DNA from: Eledone cirrhosa
Taxonomy: Eukaryota
DNA: 64,000 nucleotides
Assembly (NCBI GenBank): GCA_964016885.1
Contig: OZ024748.1
Location: 39,866,001-39,930,000, forward strand
Reading direction: 5' to 3'
Positions 1 to 14,600 of the stretch are shown one piece after another. Position 1 is the stretch's first letter, and the number at the start of each line of letters is the position of its first letter. The notes under the pieces were generated by a model. It was not told the origin of the DNA. It worked only from the letters and a program-made list of their open reading frames with translations, and did no database searches. A program made the translations under genes and the position numbers.

Positions 1-2432
1 CGCTATGCTGCTGGCATCGCACCATACGGTCCCGCTCTGTGATTTGGGAACATACCACCCTCCCCACGAACTCCTGCATCGTGACCATCTCTTGACATAG
101 CTGCATGCCGTCCGGAGCCACCCAGCAATCGGGTAGTCACCCACCAACTTTCCACACACCGAGAAAAGCTCCCGCCTACTCATACTTGGGCCCAGTTCTG
201 GAACTTCATTTCCCCTCTGGAATACCAAGACGCCCGTCCTGGCTCGCCGTAGCCTAAGTCCCAGCACGGCTCCTCCCTCCAACGCTTCTGACGGTTTCGC
301 AGCCAGTCCATACCCCTGTAAATGGCTCCTGACCTCCGCCGCCGACACCACAAACTCGTCCACTAGGATGTCGTCATGTAGGAGTTAGTGGCCCTCTTCA
401 TCTTGTCGGCCTTTCCCAGAATGGCCTTGAGGACCACCGCCATGATCTTCGGTGCGGAGCTCAGCCCGAAACCGAGCCTGGTCAGGCAATGTGTCCGGCC
501 CTTATACCTGACCAACTGATACTGCCAGAGCTTCTCATCTATATGCAATTGCAAGTATGCCGACTTTAGATCTACGATTGCGTCTCCACTCACGCAGGGT
601 TTCCCCCACAGAAATCCGTGACCTCGCCACTCGTGTGGCATGACACGTGCTCGTTCAGTTCCCGAAGGTCCAGCACCGGCCTCACCTTGTTCTTCGTGGG
701 TTGCGCCACCGCCATTAACGGCAATACTCCGCACTTCACCTCCTCTTTCCAGGGAAGCAGTATGCCCTCCTCAATCCATCTCTCTACCTCTCGCTCGAAC
801 TCGCCCCTAATGTTTCCCTTCAATGTGTGTTGATAGCAGCCCACTTTGGTCTTCAGTGTTGGTGGTTCTCTCTTCCAGTACCACTCAACAACCCATCGCT
901 GCCTATCGAACACGGCCTTGAAGTCTTTGTCCTGCACAGTGTAAGCGGGGTATTTCTCCTCGTGGGCCTTCTGGTTCTCCTGTCGCGTACTCACAGCGCA
1001 TACCGATGCAGCGGCACCAAACGACACACCGACGTTGTTCACTGTGACGCCTCCTAGACGGCAAATTGCGTCCATGCCCATAACCACGCCGATCCCATCC
1101 ACCACGCTGTCTACTACGATGGCAGAAAGCCTTATTTTCCTTCCCCGTACCGCTATTTCCATCTCGCTGCGATCTCGGCATTCAATTTTCGTGCCATCGA
1201 CTGCCCTTACGCTGCTCTTCCCTCTTCACCTCTGCGCCACCCCCGCGATCACCAGTGTCGTCGTACAACCCGTGTCCACGAGGGCTCGCTGTGGCTTTCC
1301 CCTCACGAAGACACCCACCACGGAGAGCGCCTCTACTCGTAACGGGCAACTACCGGCGCAGTAGTTCCTCTTGGATCGTTTCCCTGGTCGCAGTTAGTAG
1401 CGATGTGGCCTGGTCGCTTACACCGGTAGCATATTATTTCCGGCCTTGACTCTCTGCAGTCTCTAGCCATGTGCGGGCCCTGGCACCGAAAACAGCGACC
1501 TCTAAACGTTCGCGGGCGACCGCGTGCCGTGGTTGCCTACCTTTCACCATTTCGCTGCCAGCTGTCTTGAGCCTCTGTAGTTGCTATCGCCGCGACACTC
1601 TTCTTGGCATCTTCTGCTATGATCCGGGCTATTTCCACCAGTGAACGCATTTCCATTTCTTTGTAACCCGGGACTTGCTGCAGTTTCACCGCTATCTCGT
1701 CTGGAATTCCATTTATGAACGCCAACCGCACCGTGCGTTCGCATTCCACCTGATATCCAGCCAACATGGCCAATCGCCGTATTTCCGCTGCGAAAAGGTC
1801 AACGCGTTCACCGTTCCATCTAATTCTTGCCAGGTTAGCGAAAGCGGCTAACGGTCCCTCTGCGAACGCTTCCATCATGCGCCTCTCAATCTTTTGCGCA
1901 TCTCTTTGGCTGTGTTCGTCCAACTCAAGGAAGAGTACCAACGCGTCCCACTCGACGTACAGTGCCATGAGGCCAGCCACATCTTCTATCTTCTGCAAGC
2001 TTGCGACCAGCCGGACTTTTCGCAGCCAAGCGACAACATCACTTTCACCGGTAAATGCCCTCTTCTAATTAGTCTTGCGGTACGTGATAAACAAAAACAA
2101 CAGACTCCTCTCTGTTTTTCCAGCTGCTTTTTTTTTTTTTTTTTTTCAATCACATCTCAGTTTCCAGTGCCGAAATAGCTTGTGGTTAGAAAAAGCTATC
2201 TCACCGCTTTTCATAGGCGCAGCTAAATCCCACTGCTGGTTTCTCTTCTTCCACGTGCGTCCAACTCCTTAACACCGGGAGCTGCCAAAACTCGCGTCCA
2301 CACCGTTGCTGGTCACCACTAGAGAAAGGCCGATCTGCTGGCCCTTCCGGTCGAGCATCCTTCCGGCCAAGCACCCTTCCGGTCGAGCACTCCCCCGCTT
2401 CCGGCCACCGCACGCCACACCATACCCACATC
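1..2432 (-). mobile_element. Ty3/Gypsy LTR retrotransposon, decayed copy 1 (5' LTR-like region, gag with CCHC knuckle, protease, RT; runs off window start)
   Basis: Gag ORF 1537-1998; knuckle CFRCQGPHMARDC at ~1455-1500; protease LVDTGCTTT at ~1255-1290; RT motifs RPVLDLRELN, DLKSAYLQL, LGFGLSSAP; frameshifts including one at YxDD. Starts TGATGTGGG on the minus strand at 2432. Confidence 0.9.
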
Positions 2433-2441
2433 AATTAAATC

Positions 2442-3082
2442 TTTAATAACATCTAACTCTTATTTATCACATCTATATGAATTGATATAAATGTATCCCT
2501 ATAAGTATACCTATCAATTAAATTAATTTAATTTCTTTTTATAGATCTAAATTCCTTATGTTTTTAATAAGATTGGTATTTTTCACTAACATATTTATCC
2601 TAAAATTTTATTCTCCTTCGATTTTAACATTAGCATTATTCTTTAATAACATACAATTTTCGTGTACCTTTCACCGGCTTGACCTCTTTTCATCCCCAAA
2701 GTAATCTTTTCCTTCAAAGTATTATTTCCATTCAAAACTGAAGTCTGCATTCCTCTACTCCTAAATTAAATTTCTACTACTACTATTCTATCAACTTGAC
2801 CACTTACTACTCTTCTATTGGTCAATTAAAAACCTGTTCCCAAACAGACTTATTATATTAAATCTTTGTTGGTGTTTTTCAATAAACAAATATCATTATT
2901 TCATATATTCAGCATATATATGTGTAGGTATGTATATTCCCTCTGATAGTTTGTAAAATGTTTACATAGATCTATATGATATACATACCAACACACACAT
3001 ATATATCCTAGAAACGATCGTAAAATGATGAATTTGTTAATATAAGGAACTGTTTCTTTGTTTTTATTCATTGTTTTTATTA
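2442..3082. repeat. AT-rich ~640-bp repeat, probable PLE terminal region
   Basis: Direct copy at ~63296-64000 and inverted copy at ~58131-58767, the latter downstream of a GIY-YIG ORF. Confidence 0.7.
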
Positions 3083-3214
3083 ATTTATCTTGACTCTGTT
3101 TTCCTGTGATTTTCATTGAAAACATTTTTGAATACATCTTTTCTTTTCATGATATTTTGATTACATTGAGTTCTTCATACGGATTGGACACAACCTTATA
3201 TTTTGGTAGATTTA

Positions 3215-3274
<60 letters not shown>

Positions 3275-3994
3275 TAAGTAAGTTTTGAAACAGTGAGCAA
3301 GTTTGAAATTAGAAATATAAGTTTTCACCGTATTTTTTAATAAAGAAATTTTTAGGCTGATAATGGGGTTTAGAACCCTCAGATAAATGGAAAAAGATGA
3401 GTATTGACGTACGTGGGAGGTCAATACTCATCTTTTTCCATTTCTTTGAGGGTTCTAAACCCCACTAGCATGCTAAAAATTTCTTTAGACAAAAATACGG
3501 TAAAAGCATATATATATATATAAGGAAAAAAGATGAAATCGTAAATGCAACTGGAGTCTTTTTTTATAAAAATATATATTTATTTGGTTCCTTCACCGGT
3601 TTCGCAGTTCTTCTGCTTTTCAAAAGTAGAATTGAGATGGAGGATTTGTGTTTTTTCTCACATCTAGTTGGTGTTTGAATGTTACTTCTGTTTTATATGG
3701 AAAAAAGTGGCTCGAAATGCTAGGTTTTTAGAGAAGTAATTTGGTTGGTTTCCATATAAAACAGAAGTAACATTCAAACACCAATCAGATGTGAGAAAAA
3801 CCACAAACCCTCCATCTCAATTCTACTTTTGAAAAGCAGAAGAACTGCGAAACCGGTAAGGGAAGCAAATAAATATATATTTTTAAAAAAAAAGACTCCA
3901 GTTGCATTTTCGATTTCATCTTTTTTCCTTATACTTTCACTCGTGTAGGACATCTCGTTTTTTTTTCATTTTGGAAAAAAACCCTCATTTTCTA

Positions 3995-4036
<42 letters not shown>

Positions 4037-4561
4037 AAGTATGACCCCGACGGCAGAGCTCAAGCCATTTCGACGGCAGAGCTCAAGCCGTTTCGACGGC
4101 TATTTCTGGACTGAAATAGCCGTCGAAACAGCTTTAGTTCTGCCGTCGGGGTCATACTTTTCCTATTTCCCACTCTACTACCCTAAGTATTGAGTACTCT
4201 GGTGCGTTATGGTCCATCTGGTTCCTTTCCAGAATTCTTTTGTTATATATATATATATATATATATACAGGTACGTATATTCGTGTATTTGATGACTGAC
4301 AAAATATAATAAAATTTCTGAGTGAATTGTGAAGCAAATGATGGATAAATCAACAATTAAACAAAGAGATATATAAATATGTAAGTAAATGATGGAATAA
4401 TGGCCGCATGGGTAAAGAAAGTAGGCTGTTGTTGGTAACAACCGGTCATTGTTTGTTCATACTCTTAGAACATGTCAATTCTTTACGTGCATACACACCC
4501 TCCATTATTTACATATTCTCACAACCACCTCTGTGTTTATATACATATATGTATATATATA

Positions 4562-4668
<107 letters not shown>

Positions 4669-4699
4669 TATATGTATGTATATATATATACATACATAA

Positions 4700-5080
4700 A
4701 CATGCCCAAATGATGTTGGCATCACCTTTAGTGTACACCCAACGTTGGGCCCCGTGCTATCCGGCCACGACAAAAATCCCACTCGCATCACATAACAACA
4801 ATACGGCACAATTATTTCACCTAAATTGGCCCTGCACTCTTTAATATTACACCAAAATACATCAAAGCAGAAACAGACCCCATCAAGTTCAAGAAGTTTT
4901 TGGACAAATTCCTTCAAGAAATCCCGGATAAGCCCCCTACAACCGGATATGCCTCCGACAACAATAACTCTCTGCTCGATTTGGCCATGATGCTCAAACA
5001 CTGATTTGTTCGACTTCGCCAGGTGGTGCTATTAAGTTAGACATGGACATGGCCCATACTGGCCGAAACCTATCAAAGTT
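4700..5080 (+). mobile_element. 3' fragment of CR1/L2-group LINE ORF2
   Basis: Translates [41 protein letters not shown], resembling the C-terminus of CR1-group ORF2. Confidence 0.6.
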
Positions 5081-5354
5081 ATCAAAGTTATCAAAGTAAA
5101 TGATGGAAGAATGGGGGCATGAGTAAAGAAAGTAGGCTGTTGTTGGGACGAAACCGGTTATTGCTTGTTCATACTCTTAGAATAGTTGCAGTAATCATAT
5201 AGAGCTAAAATACGTGGTTGTCGGACGGCAAATAGGTGACCTATACTCTAAGAAAATCTGCAGTGAGGTGGTGTAGAATTGTTGCTCTTTATCTTTGGGT
5301 TAATCACAGCTCGTAAATATCTGTAAATATTTATTGGGTTGATTTGCTGAACAA

Positions 5355-6320
5355 ACTCTAAACCTAACACTAACCCTAACCCTAACCCTAACACTACCCC
5401 TAACCATATTGACCTGGTATGCTGAACAAACTCTAACTCTATCACTACGCCTAACCCTAACCCTAGCCATATTGTCCTGGTATGCTCAACAAACTCTAAC
5501 CCTAACCCTAACCCTAACTCTAAACATAACTCTGGCACTGAACCTAATACTAACTCTAACCCTAACCCTAATACTAACCCTAACACTAACACTAACTCTA
5601 ACCCTAACTCTAACCCTAACTCTAACCCTAACCTTTACTCTAACCCTAACACTAACACTAACTCAAACTCTTAACATTACTCTAACCCTAACTCTAACCT
5701 AACTTTAACTCTAAACCTAACTCTAACCCTAACACTAACCCTAACTCTAACTCTAACTCTGACCCTAACGCTGACCATAAATCTAAACCTAACTCTAACC
5801 CTAACTCTAACCCTACCTCTAACTCTACGCTTAACTCTAATCCTAACTCTAACACCACCTCTAACTCTAAACCTAACTCTAACCCTAACTCTAACCCTAA
5901 CTCTAACCCCAACTCTAACCTAACTCTAACCCTACCACTAACTCTAGCCCTAACCCTACCCTTAACTCTAAACCTAACTCTAACCCTAACTCTAAGCCTG
6001 AATCTAATCCTAACTCTAAACTTAACACTATCCCTAACTCTAACCCTAACTCTAACCCTAAATCTAACCCTAACTCTAACCCTACCCCTAACACTACCTC
6101 TAACTCTAAACCTAACCCTAACTCTAACCCTAACCCTAACCCTACCTCTAACTCTAACCCAAACCCTAACTCTAACCCTAACCCTAACCCTAACTCTAAC
6201 CCTAACTCTAACCCTACCTCTAACCCTACCTCTAACTCTACCCTTAACTCTGACTACAACCCTAACTCTAACGCTAACCCTAATGAAACCCCTAACTGGT
6301 CTAACCCTAACTCTAACGAG
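5355..6320 (-). repeat. Degenerate interstitial telomere-like array (CCCTAA/CTCTAA)n
   Basis: Hexamer repeats directly visible. Confidence 0.9.
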
Positions 6321-6749
6321 CCCTCAATCTAAATACTTAGAGTCCCTGGTAAAGAATAAATAAGTTAAGTGGTCCTACATCTGTTTCAATGGAAAGTAGA
6401 ACGGCGTGCTCATCTACTCTCGGGATCCAGAGTGGAATAAACGGGGTTGTGTGGAAAATCGCTAATTTTTCTAGTTTGTCTCTGTGATTGTTTCTTAAAC
6501 CAGAAATAGTCGTTTAGTTTACATATTGAAACCCCCTACCCATCTTATTTAATATGGGATTTCTAGTAATGTACTTCTATTTTGTCATGTGTGATCATTT
6601 TTTTAATGTCTAAATAACATTAATTGTCGCAGGAATGCTACGACTTAAAATAATATTTCACCAGAGATAGATTAGTAAAATTTAATAAGTGGAAGTGGGT
6701 TAATCTGAAAAATGTAATTTCCAGCCACGCTCTGAGAGTATATCACATA

Positions 6750-7038
6750 GACACATACATCCTGGTATACATATATATATACACATACACATATACATCC
6801 AGGTATACATATATATACACATACATCCTGGTATATATAAACACACACACCCATACATATTCCTCCAGGTATATATACACACACACATCCAGGTATATAT
6901 ATAGACACATACACACATACATCCAGGTATATATATACACACATGCACATACAAACATCTAGGTATATATACACACTCACACACATCCAGGTATATATAT
7001 AGACACACTCACACACATCCAGGTATATATATAGACAG

Positions 7039-7104
<66 letters not shown>

Positions 7105-7130
7105 ATATATATAGACACACAAACATCCAG
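6750..7130. repeat. Low-complexity ~30-bp repeat (catccaggtatatatatagacac...) plus (CA)n
   Basis: Repeated catccaggtata core visible. Confidence 0.8.
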
Positions 7131-7215
7131 TACAGCAAACAAGTGTTTACAGTAGAATCTTTCCTACTAAACAGATTGTTAGGAACACGTGTAATTACTG
7201 TCTGAATAAAGTGAC

Positions 7216-9545
7216 AACATACTGACTATGTTAAGACATCACAACATACTGACTGTGTTAAGACATCACAACATACTGACTGTGTTAAGACATCACAACA
7301 TACTGACTGTGTTAAGACATCACAACATACTGACTGTGTTCAGATATCACAACATACTGACTGTGTTAAGACATCACAACATACTGACTGTGTTAAGACA
7401 TCACAACATACTGACTGTGTTCAGATATCACAACATACTGACTGTGTTAAGACATCACAACATACTGACTGTGTTAAGACATCACAACATACTGACTGTG
7501 TTCAGATATCACAACATACTGACTGTGTTAAGACATCACAACATACTGACTGTGTTAAGACATCACAACATACTGACTGTGTTCAGATATCACAACATAC
7601 TGACTGTGTTAAGACATCACAACATACTGACTGTGTTAAGACATCACAACATACTGACTATGTTAAGACATCACAACATACTGACTGTGTTCAGATATCA
7701 CAACATACTGACTGTGTTAAGACATCACAACATACTGACTGTGTTAAGACATCACAACATACTGACTGTGTTCAGACATCACAACATACTGACTGTGTTA
7801 AGACATCACAACATACTGACTGTGTTCAGACATCACAACATACTGACTGTGTTAAGACATCACAACATACTGACTGTGTTAAGACATCACAACATACTGA
7901 CTGTGTTAAGACATCACAACATACTGGCTGTGTTAAGACATCACAACATACTGACTGTGTTAAGACATCACAACATACTGGCTGTGTTAAGACATCACAA
8001 GATAGTGGCTGTGTTAAGACATCACAACGTACTGACTGTGTTAAGACATCACAACATACTGGCTGTGTTAAGACATCACAACATACTGGCTGTGTTAAGA
8101 CATCACAACATACTGACTGTGTTAAGACATCACAACATACTGGCTGTGTTAAGACATCACAAGATAGTGGCTGTGTTAAGACATCACAACGTACTGACTG
8201 TGTTAAGATATCACAAGATACTGGCTGTGTTAAGACATCACAACATACTGGCTGTGTTAAGACATCACAACATACTGGCTGTGTTAAGACATCACAACAT
8301 ACTGGCTGTGTTAAGACATCACAAGATACTGGCTGTTAAGACATCACAACATACTGGCTGTGTTAAGACATCACAAGATACTGGCTATGTTAAGACATCA
8401 CAAGATACTGGCTGTGTTAAGATATCACAACATACTGACTGTGTTAAGACATCACAACATACTGACTGTGTTAAGACATCACAACATACTGGCTGTGTTA
8501 AGACATCACAACATACTGACTGTGTTAAGACATCACAACATACTGACTGCGTTAAGACATCACAAGATACTGACTGTGTTAAGACATCACAACATACTGG
8601 CTGTGTTAAGACATCACAACATACTGACTGTGTTAAGACATCACAACATACTGACTGCGTTAAGACATCACAAGATACTGACCGTGTTAATACATCACAA
8701 GATACTGGCTGTGTTAAGACATCACAAGATACTGGCTGTTAAGACATCACAAGATACTGGCTGTTAAGACATCACAAGATACTGGCTGTTAAGACATCAC
8801 AAGATACTGACTGTGTTAAGACATCACAACATACTGGCTGTGTTAAGACATCACAACGTACTGACTGTGTTAAGACATCACAAGATACTGGCTGTGTTAA
8901 GACATCACAACGTACTGACTGTGTTAAGACAGCACAAGATACTGGCTGTGTTAAGACATCACAACATACTGGCTGTGTTAAGACATTACAAGATACTGGC
9001 TGTGTTAAGACAGCACAACATACTGACTGTGTTAAGACATCACAACATACTGACTGTTAAGACATCACAACATACTGACTGTGTTAAGACATCACAACAT
9101 ACTGACTGTTAAGATATCACAACATACTGACTGTTAAGACATCACAAGATACTGGCTGTTAAGACATCACAAGATACTGGCTGTGTTAAGACATCACAAG
9201 ATACTGGCTGTGTTAAGACATCACAAGATACTGACTGTGTTAAGACATCACAAGATACTGGCTGTGTTAAGACATCACAACATACTGACTGTGTTAAGAC
9301 ATCACAAGATACTGGCTGTTAAGACATCACAAGATACTGGCTGTGTTAAGACATCACAAGATACTGGCTGTGTTAAGACATCACAAGATACTGACTGTGT
9401 TAAGACATCACAAGATACTGGCTGTGTTAAGACATCACAACATACTGACTGTGTTAAGACATCACAAGATACTGGCTGTGTTAAGACATCACAACATACT
9501 GACTGTGTTAAGACATCACAAGATACTGGCTGTTAAGACATCACT
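7216..9545. repeat. 27-bp minisatellite ACAACATACTGACTGTGTTAAGACATC, ~86 units with 25-bp variants
   Basis: Tandem periodicity visible; it produces the spurious LRHHNILTV ORFs. Confidence 0.97.
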
Positions 9546-9835
9546 AGATACTATCAAAAGACACGTCAGGGTGAGTATCGAACCCAGGAAACTACGATCA
9601 CTAATCAATCGGAATATTATATAAGCTATTATATAAACTGAATAACTTAGAAAAGTTATGCCAGAACAAGAGGTCAGATGTTGCGCTAATATCTTACATA
9701 ATTACAGAGATTCTTTTTTACAACGTATTAATAAATGTGTTCCACACCTATCCCTGTTTTTATATACCCTACACAGACACCTATATATTATTGTGCGTAA
9801 TGTATACGTATAATATAATATATACATATACATAT

Positions 9836-9867
<32 letters not shown>

Positions 9868-10034
9868 GTATATATATTGGATTAAATGCTCTGAAATAGC
9901 GATATATATGTGAAGATAGACATAGAATATTCGAAAATATTCTGTATGTTTATAATAAACATTTTGAAGACCTAATCGCTATAGAATAGAATACGTCACG
10001 TATTACAATTAGATTCTCGATAAAAGCAAGGGAA

Positions 10035-10077
10035 GTAAACTACGCGTTTCATTCTTATTAGAAATCTTCAGGATTAC
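10035..10077 (-). ncRNA. Degenerate minimal hammerhead ribozyme motif
   Basis: GTAATC-CTGAAGA-TTTCTAATAAGAAT-GAAA-CGCG-TA-GTTTAC; mismatches in stems I and II. Confidence 0.5.
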
Positions 10078-10281
10078 ATATCCAGTGCTTTTATCGAGAA
10101 TGATACAGCTAGAGACTTATAGAATACTTAGCTGTGTACAGGAACTGGTTTGAAAGAGCGGTTGCCGGTCCGGCAGAAATTAGAAATTGGATTAAATGCT
10201 CTGAAATAGCGATATATATGTGAAGATAGACATAGAATATTCGAAAATATTCTGTATGTTTATAGGTTACTTCCCTTGCTT

Positions 10282-11006
10282 TGTGTGTGTTTATGTGCTT
10301 GTGTATGTATTTATTTATCTTATTTTATTTAATTTTATTTACTTATTTATACTTCTCTTAGGTCAGTGTTGTTTGTTTGGGTGTTGTTGTTGTTCCACTC
10401 ATTCTTTCTGTTTAGCTTTTAAACAGAAAGAATGAGTGGAACAACAACAACACCCAAACAAACAACACTGACCTAAGAGAAGTATAAATAAGTAAATAAA
10501 ATAAAATAAAATAAGATAAATAAATACATACACAAGCACATAAACACACACTAGTCACCCAGCAGACACAACACTATACACACTAGTCACACATCACACA
10601 TAACACTATACACACACGCAAACGCATGCGCAAAGAAGACAAAATAAAATAAGATAAACAAACAAGCAAATAAATAAATAAATATATAGACAGACTGAAC
10701 AAAAAAAAATGGCGTAGACATACAACACAAGAGGAGGAACAATGAATATAACACCACTGACGATGTTGCAGATGTGCAACGAAAGATTTATGTAAATTAT
10801 GTAAACTATATATATGTGTTTGTGTCTATATTGTATCTGTATTATTTTTGACCGCCGGTCAGTCAATGGCAACATTGAGGACCGAGTAAGTTAGATCGCA
10901 GATATATATATATAAAAGACAGCGAGAAGCGAAAACCAACCAAACAGTGAGTGTGTTCTGTTATTAATTCTGGCAATATTACGCAAATATGACCCTCCCC
11001 AAATAT

Positions 11007-11011
<5 letters not shown>
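10282..11011 (+). mobile_element. Solo Penelope pLTR with 5' fold-back, same family as 23279-27130
   Basis: Matches 26495-27085; ~10282-10432 is an inverted copy of the adjacent sequence. Confidence 0.85.
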
Positions 11012-11104
<93 letters not shown>

Positions 11105-11699
11105 ATATATGTATGTATATAGGTATAAGTACATAGGTTGGTGGTGGTGTTGTAAAGTGTGAAATCCCACAAAGGTGTCAAATCAAATAATACAGACAGT
11201 TACATAAATGTAAACGAATAAAATAGGTGGAGAGGTGGGAAGAGAAAACTGGCAGAGGAAATGGTTGAATGTACTAACATATTTAATTGGTTTGGGGTTC
11301 TTTAGAATCTTTAAACAAATGTAAATCTTTTACAATTGTTTATCAATTATATAACCCTATAGGATTGCCATATTGTGTCATAATTATAAAGTTGTTTGAG
11401 AATTACGCAGGGTTATATAACGATTGGGGAACATTGTTGTAACATTAAGTAAGTTGTTCAGCCTGGAAGAGTGTTTAGATAAAAGTACGTAGGTAGGTAC
11501 GTATGTACGTATGTACGTATGTAGGTTGGTAGGCAAGGACATAGATATATATATGGATGGATAGATAGGTAGATAGATAGATTTCTTTATTAGCCACAAG
11601 GACGCAACAAGAAAAGGGGACAATACAAAGACATACCGGGGATTTTACATACACTTGTGTAAAAAATATAAGCAACAAACAATTACAACAATCGAAATC

Positions 11700-14600
11700 C
11701 CCAATAGGGGGGAGGCGCCACAAATGGGTTGTTTAATACCCCGTCGATCGAACAACCCTCAACTCCAGGAGCGTGTTGTGCAAGTGCTCCTTTCTTCATT
11801 TTGCTCTCTTCCTCAACCTACAGGCTTATAAACAGAGAAGGCCCAATCACTCGGGCCATTTTCGCTTCATTCACCCACCTTTCAGTAAATTTACTGGGGT
11901 GCAGTGCCTCTCTTTCCACCCTGATTCTCCTTCTAAAGTGATACTTAAAGAAGGGAATCAATTGTTGTCCGGAGAGAAAGGCATCTGTCCTCAGTCCTCT
12001 CAACCTCGTCCACCATATAACTTCTTTCACAATAGCCACCGTACAGAGGAAAACCGCCTCTCTTTCGTTTTTGAAAGAGGCTGGCGGTTTGATCCTTACT
12101 ATGGACTCGGCAGTCAACTGGATTTGTCCCATACGCGACAGCGGTTGTTCTGCATAGTTCCACAGGTCGGTTACGCCCGGGCAGTGTACAATTGCGTGCA
12201 GAACTGTTTCAATGTCCTGCGCACATCTTGGACACGTCCTCTTGGAAGGATCCTTGCCGGGGCGTCCGTGCCTGTAGATCTTGTCACGAACCGGTAGAGC
12301 TCCTCGGTAGCACTGCCAGGCCAGGGATCTCTGGAAGTTGTCCATAGGTCCCGGGCGGAAAGTCCTACCAAACAGACTAGTTAGCTCATCGTATTCGACG
12401 CCCAGAGTCTCTCCGAGCACGTCGTCGCCCTTGTAACGTACAATCCCTCTATAGAATGTCGAAGTGGAGTCTCCACTGATTGCTGCGCCCGCTTGCCAGA
12501 GGACTGTGAGCGCCTGAGCGCATTCAATGTGCCAGGCGCCCATCGTTTTCGGTCTTTTCTTCACCCAGGACTGCAGCTCCGTTAGCGAGACGAGCTGTGG
12601 GAAAGCCTGACTCACAAACGGTTCCCACACCGGTTGGGGGTCGTTGAGGAATACCTGGAGATGCCGCAGCCTCAGCGCAGGTTTGCGGATCATCAGCCAC
12701 GGCATTTCCAGCCCTCCGTTGGAAGGGTGCTGACAGCAGACGGATCTCCTCACCAGCGGAGCCTGCTTCTTCCACAGAAACTGGAAGAGCATGCGTTCCA
12801 TCTTGGCGAGGTGTTCACGGGGACAAGGCACGACAGTCAAGCGGTAGTAGATGACGGACGCTATGAAAGTGTTCGCCACCTCCGCTCGACCTTTCAAGGA
12901 CAGTTTGCACTCTGCCCACTACTGAGTGAGTGCAAACAGCTTGGCCGTGACCTCGTTCCAGTTTTTCTACACCTGGAGGTCTGGACCGAACCAGACCCCG
13001 AGCAATTTCACCGGTCCGTCCAGCGTCCAACGACGCTGTCGGATGTCATCGGTTTGCCTCTCCACGTACCGAGTTGCAAACCGACAGACTTGTCTGGGTT
13101 TAGTTTTGCTCCCGTCAGCGTTACGTATTCTTTCAGTAAGTTGCCGATCACCCCGATTTCCGATGTGCTCGACACCATTACCGTTACGTCGTCGGCATAA
13201 GCCGACGCCGCTTTGCGCAGTCCCGGTTCTAGGGGATGCCCTGCAACAGCTCCAATTTCCGCAGTAGTGGCTTTAGAGTCAATACATACAGAATGGAGGA
13301 GAGAGGGCATCCCTGTCGAATGGAACGCGTGATTGCGAACGGCTCCGATAAGTAGCCGTTCACCTTGACCCTCGAGCAGATGCTGGTGTGCATCGCCTCG
13401 ATCCATCCTCTGAACACGGGACCGAAACCGGCCGCCTTGAGAACCGCTGGTCGACCCTATCGAATGCCTTAGACTGATCCAAGTTGATCAGGGCCCCACC
13501 GAAGCCGGGTTTACACCCTACCCTCTCTATGATGTATCGCATGAGGTGGAGGTTGTCGTGTATGGACCTGGTCGGGATTGCGCATGTCTGCACTTCTGCC
13601 ACCAGGTTCTCGACGACAAGCGCCAGCCTCTTTGCCAACACCTTGGCCAAAATCTGTAACTCTGTGTTTAGCAGAATTATGGGCCGGAAGTTGCCTATGT
13701 CATCCCCCTTATTCTCGTCCTTCCTGATTAGTGTGACCACACCCCCGGTTACAGAACTGGGAAATCTCCCATTCTGTTGCCAGTTGCAGTAGACCGCTTC
13801 CAGGAGACCGGAGAATAAGTCCGGCATTGCTACGTAAAATTCGTAGGGTAGACCGTCGAGACCTGGAGATTTGCGTTTGCTGCATTGGCTCAGCGCGTCC
13901 CCTATCTCAGCGGCTGAAATCGGCTTTTCGCAGAACTTTGCCTCGCTGTCCGAGAGTCGCGGTAGGCCGTCGAGGTATGGACCGAAATCCATAGCCCCTC
14001 CCGGCGCGCCGCCCCTCCCGAACAGTTGAGCAAAATGCTGCTGAAAGGCCGCACACATCTGCTTCGGCTCACGTATCACGCGACCCTTTTGGTCCTTCAA
14101 AGACCGAATCGTGGACTTGTTGCCACTTTTTGCCTCCGTCACTCGGGCCCAGCTAACAGCTTTGGCTCACTCATTTCCCAGAGCACGTATTTTGCTTCTG
14201 ACAACGCAGCCCTCGTGCTTTGCGTCGAAGAACTGGTCCAAGGCCGTTATCGTTGCTAGCACGCTGGCTACGTTGCCACTTCTAATTGCCTCTTCTACTT
14301 TATCTACCAGTTCCTTCTCGGTTCTATTTCTATCTAACGCTAATTCTTTACTAAAAATTAACGAGTCTAATCTAACTGCCCTCTTGAGAGAGTACCACCA
14401 TCTGTTGTTGACAATGGCCCCTGTCAAGTGCTGTTTAACTAAAGTGCTAATCCGCCTACTGTAAGTGTAAGTGTAAATTTCTTGTGTTGTGTTTGTTTTT
14501 GTCTGTAGTTCTTGTGTGTGCTTTCGTTTTGTTGTAGGTATTTTGTTTTCAGGAGGTGGGCGTTTTGTTTGTGATGTTTTTTGTTGTTTGTGTTGGTGGT

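Noticed and set aside
7228-9624. Long ORFs of LRHHNILTV / VKTSQHTDC repeats
   Set aside because: Translation of a 27-bp minisatellite; 25-bp units shift the frame freely.
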